Of a stretch of DNA of 64,000 bases, positions 36,501 to 50,929 are shown piece after piece. The first letter of the stretch is position 1, and the number at the start of each line of letters is the position of its first letter. Source of the DNA: Haliotis cracherodii (Eukaryota); contig NW_027266266.1 in assembly GCF_022045235.1 (NCBI RefSeq), forward strand, positions 33,852,001 to 33,916,000. Direction: 5' to 3'. Position numbers and translations under genes: made by a program. Below the pieces are notes generated by a model. It saw only the letters and a program-made list of their open reading frames with translations, did no database searches and had not been told where the DNA came from.

Positions 36501-39500
36501 TGTCATATATGTAAACTGAGACATGCAACCTGTTTTCATGACAACAGTAAGGACAGAGAAAAGAAAGAAATGGACCAAACGAAGCCAAGGGTTGTCACAA
36601 ACAACAGTTTGGCTACGAGTGAGAGCGGGGACCACAAAGACTTGAGCTACATGCCTGTGATCCCTGTTAGGATTAAAGTCAACTCTGGTGACAGATATGT
36701 CAAAACATATGCCTTCCTTGACAACGGCAGTTCAGCAACCTTTTGTACCAGCAATTTGGCAGAGGAGCTGGAAAGATGACAAACATAGTTGTCAGCACCA
36801 TGACTCAAAGGAAAACTGTAAATACCTCCATCCTATCAAATCTAGAAGTTGGTGACATTGACGGAAACAATTGGGTCAAACTGCCTACTGTCTTTACACA
36901 GGATGAAATGCCAATTTCCACAAGCACAGTCCCCAAAGAAAAGTTCATACATCAATGGTCCCATCTACAGGACGTCACACTACCACCTATAGATGCGGAG
37001 ATAGGACTCCTTATTGGCAACAATGTCCCAAGAGCAATGGAACCGTATGAGATAATCAACAGCGATGGTAACGGGCCCTATGCAGTCAGAACCATTCTTG
37101 GATGGATTGTAAATGGGCTAGTACAGGAATCAGAATCTCCCAGTGAGATCTCAGTAAACAGGACTGACGTTCTTGGAGACGAGAAATTGGATCTTCAGTT
37201 AATAGGATACTTCAACAGGGAGTTCAACGAGCGCATCAGTAATGATCAACCTGAGATGTCAAGAGACGACAAGCAATTCTTAGACATCATGAACTCCTCA
37301 AAGACACTGACAGGAGGACATTACCAGATGTCACTCCCATTCAAAGATGCCCAATTAGATTTTCCTAACAATAAACTACAAGCTGAACAAAGAGCCATTT
37401 CACTTAAGAAGAAATTTAAGAAGAATGAAAACTTTTATGAAGACTACAAGGTATTCATGAAAGATCTCCTGGACAAAGACTATGCCCAGAAAGTACCAGA
37501 GAATAAGAAAGACCGTAAGGATGGAAAGGTGTGGTATATACCACATCATGGTGTGTACCATCCAAAAAAGCCAGAGAAGATACGAGTTGTATTTGACTGT
37601 GCAGCAACTTTCAGAGGGAAATCTCTAAACGACCACCTTCTACAGGGGCCGGATCTAACCAATACCCTATTGGGAGTGCTCCTGAGATTTCGCCAAGAAC
37701 CAATAGCTCTGATGGCAGACATCGAAGCTATGTTTTACCAGGTTAGAGTTGAACCAGACGACTATGATGTTCTGCGGTTCCTATGGTGGCCCAATGGAAA
37801 CTTGGAGGAAGAATTACAAGAACATCAGATGAAAGTGCACTTATTTGGCGCTGTCTCATCACCAAGTTGTGCCAACTTTGCCCTGAAAGAAACAGTGAAG
37901 GACAACATGGACTTGTTTGGCAAGGAAGTTGTTCATGCTGTTGAAAAGAGTTTCTACGTGGATGACTGTCTTACTTCAGTCCAATCTGAGAAAATGGCCA
38001 TTGAAATGTCACATAAGCTGAGAGAAATCTGTAAGAAGGGTGGATTTCGCTTGACAAAATGGATAAGTAACAGCAGAGCTGCGATAGAATCAATCCCAGA
38101 AGAGGAGCGAGCCAAAGAAGTTAAAGACTTGGACATAGATGATGCTTTACCAATCGAAAGGGCATTAGGTGTACACTGGTGCGTCGAATCAGATACATTT
38201 GAATTCCGGATTGCAATCAAAGACAAACCAATAACGAGAAGAGGAATACTGTCAACTGTCAGCTCCATCTATGATCCATTAGGATTTGCAGGCCCTTATG
38301 TTCTCAAAGCAAAGGGAATTTTACAAGACCTCTGCAGACTTAAGATAGGATGGGATGACGTAATCCCCGTTCCCTTGCAGAAGGACTGGACCAAATGGTT
38401 GTCGGAACTACGCAGGCTTGAGGAAATGGTGATTAGAAGATGCATTCAACCAAATGATAGTAATCAGAAGATGGTATCTCAAATACATCATTTTTCGGAT
38501 GCCAGTGAAACAGGTTATGGAACTGTTTCTTACCTAAGACAAGTCAGTAGCACTGGTCAAATTCATTGTGCATTTCTCATCAGCAAATCGAGAGTTGCCC
38601 CACTTAAGCAGATCACGATACCAAGAATGGAGCTATCAGCCGCTACTCTAGCAATACGGGTAGACAGTATGCTCAAATGAAAGCTGGAAATGCCAATTGA
38701 CCAAACTTACTTTTGGTCAGACAGTATGTCAGTTTTAAGATACATCGCCAATGATTCAATGCGATTCCATACCTTTGTGGCAAATAGGCTGTCAGTAATT
38801 CATGAAGGCTCAAGCCCATCTCAATGGAAGTATGTGGACACTCAGAACAATCCTGCTGATGAAGCATCTCGAGGACTGTCAATAGATGCATTTCTGAAAG
38901 ATACCAGATGGCTCTCAGGACCAAAGTTCATGTGGGAAGATGAAGAAATGTGGTCTCAACAGACACACATTTTAACAGATATTCCCAAGAAAGACGTTGA
39001 ATTAAAGAAGGTTGCCCGAGTCAACTTGATAGACTACAGCAAGCCATGTAAGGACATAGACAGCCTTATCAGTCACTATTCTGACTGGTTTGCACTGAAG
39101 AAAGCTATCGCATGGGTGCTCAGGATACGGGAAGTACTCCTGGATCGCAGTCAAAAGAAGAAGGCAGGCTTAGCACCTCAGCAAAGCATGCCTGTAGTGT
39201 TGACTGTGAAAGACTTAGAAAATGCAGAGAAAGCCATTGTTTGCTATGTTCAACAGCAAGACTTTTCAAGTGAACTTGAAAGACTTAATTCAAACAAAGA
39301 GCTTGATTTGAACAAAGGTAGTCCAATCTCCAAGTTTGATCCATTTGTAGAAGATGGTGTGCTGAGGGTGGGTGGAAGACTAAGTCGCGCTAACATGCCC
39401 GAAAGCTCCAAACACCCAGTGATTCTACCAAAGAAATCGCATGTCTCGGAACTGATTATTCGCCATGTTCATCGTGAATGTGGGCATTCAGGCAGAAACT

Positions 39501-41590
39501 TTGTACTTTCAAAATTGTTTGAGAAATATTGGATTATCAAAGCCAATGCAGCAGTGAGGCAAGAAATACACAGATGTTTAACTTGCCGACGCAATCAAGT
39601 TGTAGCAGATAAGCAAAAGATGGCTGACTTGCCATCTCAACGTGTGACTCCTGATGAACCTCCTTTTACCTTTGTTGGAGTGGATTACTTTGGTCCATTT
39701 GATGTAAAACGTGGACGAAAGCATGAAAAAAGGTATGGAGTTTTGTTCACGTGCCTCACAACTCGTGCTGTGCACATAGAAGTGGCGTATAGCTTAGACA
39801 CTGACTCTTGTATTAATGCATTGCGCCGTTTCATGGCTAGAAGAGGTCAAGTCAAAGTCATCAGATCAGATAATGGTACCAACTTTGTTGGAAGTGAGTG
39901 TGAGCTCAGAGAAGAGTTAAGAGAACTGGAACAAATGTCAGATTCATCAAGAGATGTTACAAAGAAATGTTGAATGGACATTCAATCCTCCTGCTGGTTC
40001 CCACCATGGCGGCGTGTGGGAGAGACAAATCAGAACCGCGAGAAAAGTGTTGAGATCTCTGGTAAGAGAACAAACGTTAGATGATGAAACTTTGCGAACT
40101 GTGTTGTGTGAGGTAGAGGCTATTATCAATAATAGACCTATCTCCAGAACATCAAGTGATCCAAATGATTTGGAAGCCCTCACTCCAAATCACTTGTTGC
40201 TCTTGAAAAGAAAACCAAATTTGCCACCAGGTATGTTTGGTATGGATGGTCATTATCCAAGACGGAGGTGGCGTCAAGTGCAGTACATGGCAGATCTGTT
40301 TTGGAAGAGATGGTTAAGAGAGTGCCTGCCATTCCTACAGGAGCGACAGAAGTGGGTGAAGCTTAGAAGAAATTTGAAGATTGGTGACATTGTGCTCATA
40401 GTGGACAATACTGCACCTAGAAACTCTTGGTCGATGGGCAAGGTTGTGAAGCTTATGCCTGACAGAAAGGGTGTTGTAAGACGGGTTGAGGTGAAAACCC
40501 AGACAAAGGTTTTGGACAGACCTATTAGCAAGCTATGTTTGCTTCTAGAGAGTGACACTTAAGCTGTGTTTTGAGATTGTGTGATGTTGACACTGCCTTA
40601 AAGACAGGATCAAGACTTTGAGGCTTATGAAGTGTTGACAGTATAGAACATAGGATGTAATTCCTGTACAATGTTCAATGACAATGAGCTGTCTTGATGT
40701 TAAGATGAATGGCATTGATCAATATTGTATGTTTACTACATTCATGCATAATGTAAAAGACTAAGATTTAAATATGACAAACAGGATCATCTTATGTTAT
40801 AGAATGTAGTTATGCAGCTAATTACAGTTGCTTAGGAAGACATTGTTGTACATTCAAAATTCGCTCTGTCCATGAGTTCTTGGTAATTGTTATAGTCAAA
40901 TACAAGTAACAATTAGGGGCCGGAATGTTAGAGCCGAATTTTAGGCATTTGTGGTTCATTGAGAATCCTTTTAATTGGAACTTTGTTAGGGTTTGTATGT
41001 GTGCATGGATGCATGTGTTTAGTATAATTATAAGATAAAACATTAGAAACAGCCAGCCCTTGCTGCCAGTGGCCGTTTCAGGCTATTTTCCCAGGGGTTG
41101 GTGACAGCAGTAGTATAATGTTGCAGCTAAGACTTTAAAGTTAATTGTTTTGTGTGGAGTCTTAGAGGTCGTGACCTGATCATCAGCGATAAGCATCCCA
41201 CAAGAATTTCAGATATATAGCTGGACGAATGAGTGTGAGAAAGAGGAGAGAGTTTTAAGATACGAAAGAAGTAAGACATGTTTCTAAGAGAGTGTAAGAA
41301 GATTGTGTTAAGGGAATAGAGGACATACGGTTTTTCAACTTCTCCGAGCTACTGTCCGAGCCACGGTACAAGCTATCCTGCATTTATCCTGCAACTGTGC
41401 TGCGACTGTTTATTATATTACGACTTATTCTTGGAGTGTGTGATATGTTATTCAATCATTGTGTGGATATTCACTGAATTTATGGAATTATGGTATATGG
41501 AATTTGTGAAGTTTGAAATTAAAGACAATATTAAAGTGCTGGATCGAGTTGAAACTTTGATATCCTCTCTCTCCATTCACAGTGTTCACA
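33575..41590 (+). mobile_element. Full-length BEL/Pao LTR retrotransposon
   Basis: LTRs 33575-34258 and 40926-41590 (TG...CA), 5-bp TSD GTGAG (33570-33574, 41591-41595), polypurine-like tract TAGGGGCCGGAA before the 3' LTR. Confidence 0.97.
34689..40562 (+). pseudogene. BEL/Pao gag-pol polyprotein, disrupted (stops at ~35121, 35391, 38678; frameshifts at ~36770, 39940)
   Basis: DUF1759-like gag, three Cys/His knuckles, protease FLDNGS, RT YVDD, Pao RNase H FSDAS, integrase GVDYFGP / RSDNGTNF / GGVWE, DUF5641-like tail. Confidence 0.95.
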
Positions 41591-42074
41591 GTGAGGTCAT
41601 GTACAAGGATATTTAAGGATTGTGTTTCAAATTCTTTTGCGAATCCTTTCGAAGGAAACGTCCGTAATATGCTGGCCAAAGTTGAAGGTACGTTGTTATT
41701 GATAATCAAGCAATCGGCCGTGATCCCTCTGTTTGACTACCCGATCTGTTTGATCATGAGCGCTTTATCACTGCAACTGTAAATAAAAGTCAAGAGCTCT
41801 TCCTTACTTTTGATATTCTTGAGCGCTATATCTGTAAACACATCCCCCATCTTGCGTAGACTCACTGCTAGTTAGCTGTGAATTGATAATACATGACCTG
41901 TATTTAATTGTATCCTTGTTTCCTGCATGTTGTCCATTTGTACCATTGTTTTCTATATGTCTCGTTTATATCATAAAACGGTGTGTATTCAGAGCTAATT
42001 CGTCGGTTTGGCGGTCACGACACCAACAGCAGAATCCCTCAAATTATGTTTTTGGCACTGTTTTTTGGTGTGTT

Positions 42075-42565
42075 TGTCATTGTCTACTCAAACTATTGAC
42101 AGTGTGTGTATCTTTGTCCACTCAAACTATTGACAGTGTGTGTATCTTTGTCCACTCAAACTATTGATAGTGTGTGTATCTTTGTCCACTCAAACTATTG
42201 ATAGTGTGTGTATCTTTGTCCACTCAAACTATTGACAGTGTGTTTATCATTGTCTACTCAAATCTTTGACAATGTGTTTATCATTGTCCACTGAAACTAT
42301 TGACAGTGTTTTTATCATTGTCTACTCAAACTATTGAGAGTGTGTTTATCATTATCTACTCAAACCTTTGACAGAGTGTTTATCATTGTCTACTCAAACT
42401 ATTGACAGTGTTTTATCAGTCTCCTCAAACTATTGAGAGTGTGTTTATCATTATCTACTCAATCTATTGACAGTGTATTTATCATTGTCTACTCAAACCT
42501 TTGACAGTGTGTTTATCATTGCCTACTCAAACCTTTGACAGTGAGTTTTTCATTGTCTACGCAAA
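42075..42565. repeat. 32/34-bp minisatellite
   Basis: Unit CTCAAACTATTGACAGTGTGTTTATCATTGTCTA and shorter variants. Confidence 0.92.
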
Positions 42566-42619
42566 CCTGCATGGCATTTGTACAACAATGTAGTGATACC
42601 CACGTTCTCCAAATTGGGT

Positions 42620-42800
42620 AGTATACAGTGATCACAGATTTACTATGTCTAGTACCTTTTACAAATTGATGTGATTGTTCTGAAATCTGATAGTGATCAA
42701 ATAGGGTATGATTTACGTACATTTCCAAAGCTTCTCGTGTTATTATATGCAGATGATACAGTGTTATTGGCAGAAACGGATAAGGATCTTCCAGTCCAGT
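42620..42800 (+). mobile_element. LINE RT fragment
   Basis: KLLVLLYADDTVLLAE at ~42728-42778. Confidence 0.55.
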
Positions 42801-42937
42801 CATACTTCTATTAGACGTTTTATATTGTACTAATTCTAATTGTAATCAATGTGACAATTCTTTGTTTTTAAATATGACTTCATGTATCACATAATATTTA
42901 CGTATTCGATAGTATTAAAATTAATAACAGATTGAAT

Positions 42938-42940
<3 letters not shown>

Positions 42941-42994
<54 letters not shown>
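42941..42994. repeat. (TA)n microsatellite
   Basis: Pure AT run. Confidence 0.98.
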
Positions 42995-42996
<2 letters not shown>

Positions 42997-43655
42997 ATAT
43001 CATCAGATAATGCAGGGTAAAATCATATATACAATAATGTTAGAAAATAACGGAATCTCCTTTACAAGATACAATTTTTTTGTCATTCAGAAATCATTTA
43101 TGTATATTGTGTGTATTTACTTATTTATTTTATTGAAATGTTTTAGATTAATTTGTGTGGCGAAAGTAATGCAACAAAGGCCGTTCTCGACGTGGATGTA
43201 TTTTGACAGCTTGCCCTTGTAGTCTAAGACATGCCATTCAATTGCACAACTATATGCACATTATTGTCATGGGATGCCGTTATTGTCTTGAATCACATCT
43301 GAAAAGCACATGTCAACATACAATTCTTTCGCTCTTAGTCAAGCGATAAACGTTCTCATTTACTCGTCGGCTACCGTGGAAATATTCCTAATCGTGATGT
43401 ACTACGTTCGAGCCCAGTCACAACTAGGTAGATAATATTACTTGTTCCGAAACTATACCCAGTTGTCTGACAACACGCGAGGTCAAACCGCGCGCACCTG
43501 TCGCGAAATCAGCGACCATAAAGCATTTACTCATTGTAAACATATAACATATGTAAGAGACTTCCGAAAGATTATAATACGATTATAGAGTACAATCTAC
43601 ATCTTTAAAATGATGAATTATGTATTAATATCAATTGTCGAATGTTAAAAATATA

Positions 43656-44220
43656 TAGAGGATATTTCATTTGTCGAGTGAAATATCATGTTTCTCTCAT
43701 CCAGTGACGAGGAAAAAGGAGATATTTTCACGAGTGGCGTAAATTCTTCCTACCTAACACACGGGGACGGTTCACTTTAAAAGTAGTTTTGTGTTTGCTA
43801 AACCTTAAACAATGTAAACAAAAGTTTAAAAAAATATTAAGGGTCACGAACACTCTTTATCATACATTTAGATATGATTATATACAAAAACAACTTTAAC
43901 AAAAAAATATTTCCTTGAAAACTAGACCGCTGTTGGAAGCGAAAGATTGCACGATAATGAAGTAACAAAAATGGCGAACACTCTCGATTGATGAGTTAAA
44001 TAAGAAATCTACAGTTGATAACGACACATTTTCGAGAGGATAACAAACGGCAACAAGTGATATTCACTCCATAAATGACAATCTGTCATTATTTGGCCTT
44101 GTCAATGTGGAACTAACATAAAAAGGACGTCAACAGTTTGTGTACGGGCTAGACACTTACGATAAAGGGAGACAATGTAAGGGGAGGTAACTCTTGTATG
44201 CCAATAGTTCCGTCAAAGTG
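43656..44220. mobile_element. Repeat Y, copy 2
   Basis: Starts ATAGAGGATATTTCAT; shares all blocks with 4637-5450 but in a different order. Confidence 0.75.
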
Positions 44221-44539
44221 TTATGTTCACTGCGGTGAAATTTCAAGTGTTATGTTCAAGGCTATATATATATAATTAGATATCAGTTATAGTACGATCA
44301 AGGTTTGTTACATGAACATTAGACATGCTGAAAAATCTATTTTAGCAAACCAATCAGACGCCATCGAATCCCAGATTATCCGTCATACAAATATGGCAGA
44401 AAAAGGCCGAGATGTTTTGTTTAGAATTAATTCGTCTGCTTTGCGTCAAATATTAAGTACATGTAGTTTAACAAAGCATGAACAAATTGTCTAATATGCT
44501 CCAATATTACCTTAACTAATATCATCAGTAAGTGACAGG

Positions 44540-44800
44540 ATTGGTTGGTTGTTTTAAGCCGCACTCAGCAATATTCCAGCTATATGACGGCGGTCTGTAA
44601 ATAATCGATCCTGGACCAGACAATCCAGTGATTAATATCATGAGCATCGATCCACGCAATTGGGATCGATGACATGCTTCAACCAAATCAGCGAGCCTGA
44701 CCACCCGATCCCGTTAGTCGCCTTTTACGACAAGCATAGTCACCTTTTACGGCAAGCATGGGTTGCTGAAGACCTAGTCTACCCCGGAATCTTCACGAGT
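44540..44800 (-). mobile_element. Nin-domain-like SINE
   Basis: Reverse complement of 23516-23768. Confidence 0.8.
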
Positions 44801-45409
44801 CAGTACGTGACAGGAAGCCAGGTGAGCTGTTGAACTACAGCCTATTTTGTAAAATTTAGAATAAATGTAGACATAACAAATGAAGAAAGACATTAGAACG
44901 GTTAGGCTCATAACCTTTGGTTAGCAGAAGCAAGAGCTGTTATTCTGTCCAGAGGTAAACCAATGACGAGAGATCAAGTCAGTGTTTTATAATCACCCAA
45001 AAAGGAAGCCTGTGATTAGTTGCAGCCTGAATTGATAGCAGCACAGCTTTCTTGACGTCATTTATTGACCAGTAAATCCTTCGGTCTTAACTGACCTTCA
45101 CAAGGCGGCAGATCCCCTGCGGCTGGGGCTGGAAATTGAACCAGGAGAGCCTTCCCTAATCTGAAATGATTTTTTAACACGTAGCTTCTAAAATTGATTT
45201 TTATGAAAGTGCATATATACCTTTAAAATTAGAAATACAGCAAAACATCTAGTATTTCTGCAATAAGAGAATATATAACAAACAACAGAACAAACAATAC
45301 TCATGGGCTCATGTAAAGTATATTCCCAAATGATAAATAAAAGCAAACAAAAGTTTTCCCTTAATCAAAACATGCAGCTATCAGTCACGGCGACTACTGC
45401 TTGTAACCT

Positions 45410-46520
45410 TTCACCTGCAGTGGAGCTGTACATAAGCCCTTTCACCTGCAGCAATGGCGCTGTATATACCCCCGTTACAGCTGCAGTGGAGTTTTATGAC
45501 ACCCCCGTGACTGCTACAGTGGAAGTTTATATTACCCTGTGATATTTGCAGTGGAAGGTTTAATACCCTGTGATATTAGCAGTGGAAGTTTATATTACCC
45601 TGTGCCATCAGCAGTGGAAGGTTATACTGCCCTGTGACATTTGCAGTGGAAGTTTATATTACCCCGTGATATCAGCAGTGGAAGTTTATATTACCCTGTG
45701 ACATTAGCAGTGAAAATGTATATTACCCTGTGATATCAGCAGTGGAATGTTATATTACCCCGTGATATCAGCAGTGGAAGGTTATACTACCCTGTGACAT
45801 TTGCAGTGGAAGTCTATATTACCCTGTGACATTAGCAGTGAAAATGTATATTACCCTGTGATATCAGCAGTGGAAGTTTATAGTACCCTGTGACATTTGC
45901 AGTGGAAGTTTATACTACCCTGTGACATTTGCAGTGGAAGTTTACATTACCCTGTGCCATTAGCAGTGGAAGTTTATATTACTATATTACCCTTTGATAT
46001 CAGCAGTGAAAATGTATATTACCCTGTGATATCAGCAGTGGAAGTTTATATTACTTTGTGCCATTAGCAGTGGAAGTTTATATTACCCCGTGATATCAGC
46101 AGTGGAAGTTTATATTACCCTGTGACATTAGCAGTGAAAATGTATATTACCCTGTGATATAAGCAGTGGAATTTTATAATACCCTGTGACATTTGCAGTG
46201 GAAGTTTATACTACCCTGTGACATTTGCAATGGAAGTATATATTACTATATTACCCTGTGATATTTGCAGTGGAAGTATATATTACCCTGTGATATTTGC
46301 AATGGAAGTATATATTACTATATTACCCTGTGATATTTGCAGTGGAAGTATATATTACCCTGTGATATATGCAATGGAAGTATATATTACCCTGTGGCAT
46401 TTGCAGTGGAATTTGATATTACCCCGTGACATTTTCAGTGGAATTTGTCATCACCCCCGTGACATTTGCAGTGGAATTTTATATTACTCTGTGCCATTTG
46501 ATGGGGAATTCACCCCGTAG
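45410..46520. repeat. 32-bp minisatellite
   Basis: Unit GCAGTGGAAGTTTATATTACCCTGTGACATTT, with diverged edge copies. Confidence 0.93.
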
Positions 46521-46539
46521 CATGGTCGTACACATTAGT

Positions 46540-47060
46540 AAGCTGCAACACGATTATATACATGGGATGATCTGATATAACATTGAGCTGCAAGACACGA
46601 TTCTATATATGGGATGATATGATATAACGGTAAACTGCAAGACACGATTATATACGTAGGATGATCTGATAAAACAGTCAGCTGCAAGACAATATTATGT
46701 ACATGGGATGATCTGATATAACAGTACGCTGGGAGAAACGATTATATACATGATGTGAACTGATATAACAGTAACCTGCAGGACACGATTATATACATGG
46801 GATGATCTGATATAACAGTACACTGTAAGACACGATTATATACATGGGATGATCTGATGTAACAGTACGCTGTAAGACATGATTATATACATGGGATGAT
46901 CTGATGTAACAGTACGCTGTAAGACACGATTGTATACATGGGATGATCTGATATAACAGTACGCTGTAAGACACGATTATATAAATGGTTTGAACTGATA
47001 TACCAGTAACCTTCAAGACACGATTATATACATGGGATGATCTGATATAACAGTACACTA
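46540..47060. repeat. 47-bp minisatellite (~11 copies)
   Basis: Unit ACACGATTATATACATGGGATGATCTGATATAACAGTACGCTGTAAG. Confidence 0.93.
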
Positions 47061-47701
47061 ATGTCTGAAATGTACTGTGGGTGAATCGGGGTAAGGATGG
47101 TGCAATATTATTTGTGCTAGGTAGTATTGATTAACTGACTGCCACCGTACATGATTGATGGTTCGTATGCATTCATCGCTTTTATTGTCAGACAAATGGG
47201 GCGTTGCTTCCCACGACGGTTCCAATCATCTACATCACTATGGTTACGTGCCGCCCTAGAGTTCGCCTGGTTGTTTTGCAATGAAATGAAATGAAAACTA
47301 TATACAATGCACCCTGTTATGCATATCATTGTCTCTCGGCATTTTGCTCATATAATGATTTGCATGCGTTTTATTTCCAAGATGTTTCTGGGCGTGCGCA
47401 TGTGTGGCTGCAGATGTTTCCGAGTCACTAATATAGTATCGTGACATCTGTCTGGTCCCGAGTTTGTGGGCGTGCGCCTGTGTTTCCGAGTGTATATAGT
47501 TTCCTCAGCCATCGTGTCCATTAATAAGAGAATATAAAACATGTGTCAAAGAAATCACATATTAATTCAAGCAATGCAGTGTGTATCATACGTATGTCTT
47601 TTATTTCTCAGATCAACAAAAACTGTTTCTCATGTGCAGATTTCATTTACGGGACCATACTGCACACTTCAAGGCGAACATATTGACATAGTTCTATGCA
47701 G

Positions 47702-47968
47702 ACCGCCTCCGTGGTCTGGTAGTACAGCGTACGCCCGGAGAGCGGAATGTCCGGGGTTCGATCCCAATTCGCGTCATAACGTTAAAAGACGTTTAAAGAT
47801 GGTACATGTTGTTATCCTGTCTGGTGGGGATAAAAGGGGCTAAAACAAGGACTGATCGGCTTGGAGTCAGCATACTGTTCTGAGTGGGGTATTCATGTTA
47901 AACTGCGGCATGGTATTTCAGTGGGCCAGCACTATAAATCGGCATCAGTCCGGACTAGTACACGCACA

Positions 47969-48004
<36 letters not shown>

Positions 48005-48070
48005 TATGTACGTCGCTATATAAGTGTAATAATCTTGAATGCGACGTTAAATCCCATTTAACCTCACCTT
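47702..48070 (+). mobile_element. tRNA-derived SINE (Meta-domain-like) with internal (CA)n
   Basis: B box GGTTCGATCCC; AAAGACGTTTAAAGATGGTAC core. Confidence 0.75.
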
Positions 48071-48294
48071 TGTTCAATGCACTTATTGATCATCATCATG
48101 TGTAAGCTTTCGTTTTGTATGAAAGCGTCTTTGTTTTACACCACTTTCTTTGTGATATTTCTATATCCGAATAACGATGTCTTTAGAGTTGACATTTATG
48201 TCGAACCATCCCTATTGTCAACATATACACATGTGAAATATGTTCTCCAAACATCGGAGGTTATGTTCGAAAATAACCGATGATTACAGAAATA

Positions 48295-49146
48295 AATAGA
48301 GGAAATCACGCGAGTGTGTTTGGGGATGGTAAATATCCTGCATTAGGAATAAACATTGTATTTAGCGAGCCTTGGTGCGCATTAATATTTATTACGTCAC
48401 AGGGTTAGTGATGATTGTGTCAGTCGGACAGTGACAGTAGCCAATAGAGTTCCAAGTGAAATCTGTTTCTTATACAGTGGCGAAGCAACATATACGCAAA
48501 ACAACAATTGTTTTTACTTGCCTTTCGCGGCAATTCATCGGTCTGTCCGCTAGAGTAACTGCCCTTTGTCAAAGGGAAGCTACTCTTACCCTAGTCTATG
48601 AGACGTCACGGCCTCGTTCAGACGTTGTTGACAGTCGGCCTGTTCTGTCATAACGTTAAGAAACGAAACAAGGTAACAATTCATACATATTTCGCCTAAA
48701 TCCAACTATTTTTATTTGTGGAAAAGGTTTCAAGCCGCAGAGATCTACAAGCACAGATATGGCTACTGATCCCGCTTGACTAGGCCTAGTGCCCTCGCAA
48801 AATTGTTTCAAAATTTATATCTCCAAATTTGCCAAACTTTTAAAATGTTTTTTTAAAACTTAGTTACGTCACAGATAGACACTGATTTTCAGTATCTAAG
48901 ACTGTTTTTTTGGATAATTATAGCAATTATCCCTGTAGTTTATCCAGACTTAAGATGGTTAATTATGACTCGATCGCCGAATTACAAGTGCGACGCCATG
49001 TTTGTTTATAAACACTGAAAGTAGTCACTGCTTGACCTTTGATATTTGCATCTCTATCTGCATATGATCACAACAGATATCGTTTTTATCCGTTGGCTTT
49101 ATCCTGCCGAGTAACCTACCCATTATATGATAAACAGATTTATCAA
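48295..49146. mobile_element. Repeat X, uninterrupted copy
   Basis: Starts ATAGAGGAAATCACGCGAGTGTGTTTGGGGATGGTAAATATCCTG; reverse complement of the three intronic pieces. Confidence 0.8.
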
Positions 49147-49547
49147 GTGATGTTACTGGATATGAAGAAGGACGGCCGAGGTGTACCATGACGACGAAGG
49201 TGTTGGCGGTGTAACATGACGACGAAGGTGTTGGCGGTGTGGTGTATTGTAAGGGTGCAAACAACGAAGAAAGACGACACGGGTGTGAAGTACAAAAATG
49301 ACCGTTTGAGATGACTTGATCAATAATGGGTCCCGCCCCCGCGATTGGTTGTTGTTCGTACCGCGTGGCATGGCCCGGATCAAACTCCCGATGACAAAGT
49401 GAGGGAGTCTTATTCACTCCTCTAGCAGCGCCTGGTTTAGTTAATGTAGCGGGCGGTGGCCTTCACGCCGGCGTACACGTGCTCTACGGGGTTAAGGTCA
49501 GGACTCATGCCTTTAGTCTTCGTAATATCATTGGTCTTCGTATAATC

Positions 49548-49662
49548 AGGTGACAATTTCGTCCTCTGCCACGGCCGTATACAATACCACAGGTAACACT
49601 TGCGTCCTCTGCCACAGCCGTATACAATACCATAGGTGACACATTTGTCCTCTGCCACTGTC
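49548..49662. repeat. Short ~44-bp tandem repeat (~2.5 copies)
   Basis: GTCCTCTGCCAC...GTATACAATACCA repeated. Confidence 0.8.
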
Positions 49663-50929
49663 GTATGAAGTACTACATAACTAGCGGCCCTCTACTGTAT
49701 TCCAGCAAATGGGCTGGTAATACTAAACTTTCCTTATTTTCTCCGTGGAGACGGGTACAGTATTTGTGTAGTGAAAGTTACACTGACAAGGTAAACCTAT
49801 CAAGGCGACATGGCTATGGCCAATGCTGTGTGCTGTGGGTGTTCACGACACCATCAAACATGGGACACATACTGCTGATGACAGACCAACACGTGGAATT
49901 TCAAGATACAGACGAAACATAATATAAGTGTTTCAAACGTCTGTAAAATACCTGTGGTGTTCAACGAACGTCAACAGCCGCTCTACCAAGTTCATCATCG
50001 TGCTGTAGTCTCTTTATATTGGCATCACTGCCAAACTAAACACATCATGCACAATTATTAGTCACAATCCCTCAGAAATGTGTTACCCCGTGACAAAATA
50101 TACCAAGTGTTCGAAACTTCCGGGTGTAAGGAACATTCTCCCCAAAAGTTATGTTCAAATCTTTCAAGGTATGAACATTTACTCTTTTTCGTTAAATATA
50201 CGTTAAGTCGTGTGGACATTCTCCAAGTATTCCAACTATTATGTTTAAACAAGTCACGGCAGCAGTTTTTTTTTCTTTCAGTATTTCATGATTCTGCGAC
50301 AATTTGTTTTATTCAAAATACGTCATGCGAGATGTTCATCCATATCTCCAAACAAACATATGCTCGAATATCTTTCCATAGACAATAACACGTCATCATG
50401 GACAGTGCAGTGTGGGTTCTATGTATATGTTGTAGGAACAGAGGAGACATACTCAACCAGAACCTGATTGTACATATGGCTGCGACACAAGTATGGTAGC
50501 TGATGTCAGAACCTCACTGATGACAGCAGGACGCTCATGTTGTCGGCTGGGCACCGGCGTTTGACACAGGATATAGTTTGTGCGCCACCAGCTATCGATC
50601 AACGGAGGACCAACATGTGAGTTATATGTTTGCAAAACTGAAACCTGTTCACTGCTGATAATCGATCGCAGTGGGTATTTGTTGTGTGATCGCCTGTGGA
50701 TTGTGTGATCAGATTGTTAACGCGATACCGCCAATAGTACTACTGTGTCATACGAGTGAAAGATAACATCGGACCATGCACTTTGTGCGGGACAACCGCC
50801 AGCTTATACGCACTTCATTGAAGATCGTGGATACTCTCTATACCGTACGTTGTTATGGTGATTATGAAACACCACAACAAGGTGTGCATTACCATTCATC
50901 AGCAATATGTTTAATTACAACTGTCGTCA

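Noticed and set aside
41596-41870. Host exon disrupted by the BEL insertion
   Set aside because: Rejoining the flanks gives only a short minus-strand frame with no recognisable motif.
47702-47775. tRNA genes (also at 2565 and 4426)
   Set aside because: tRNA-like heads continue into SINE bodies and tails; no complete cloverleaf.
50437-50616. Possible exon bounded by AG and GTGAGT
   Set aside because: Stop codons in all three forward frames and no recognisable homology.
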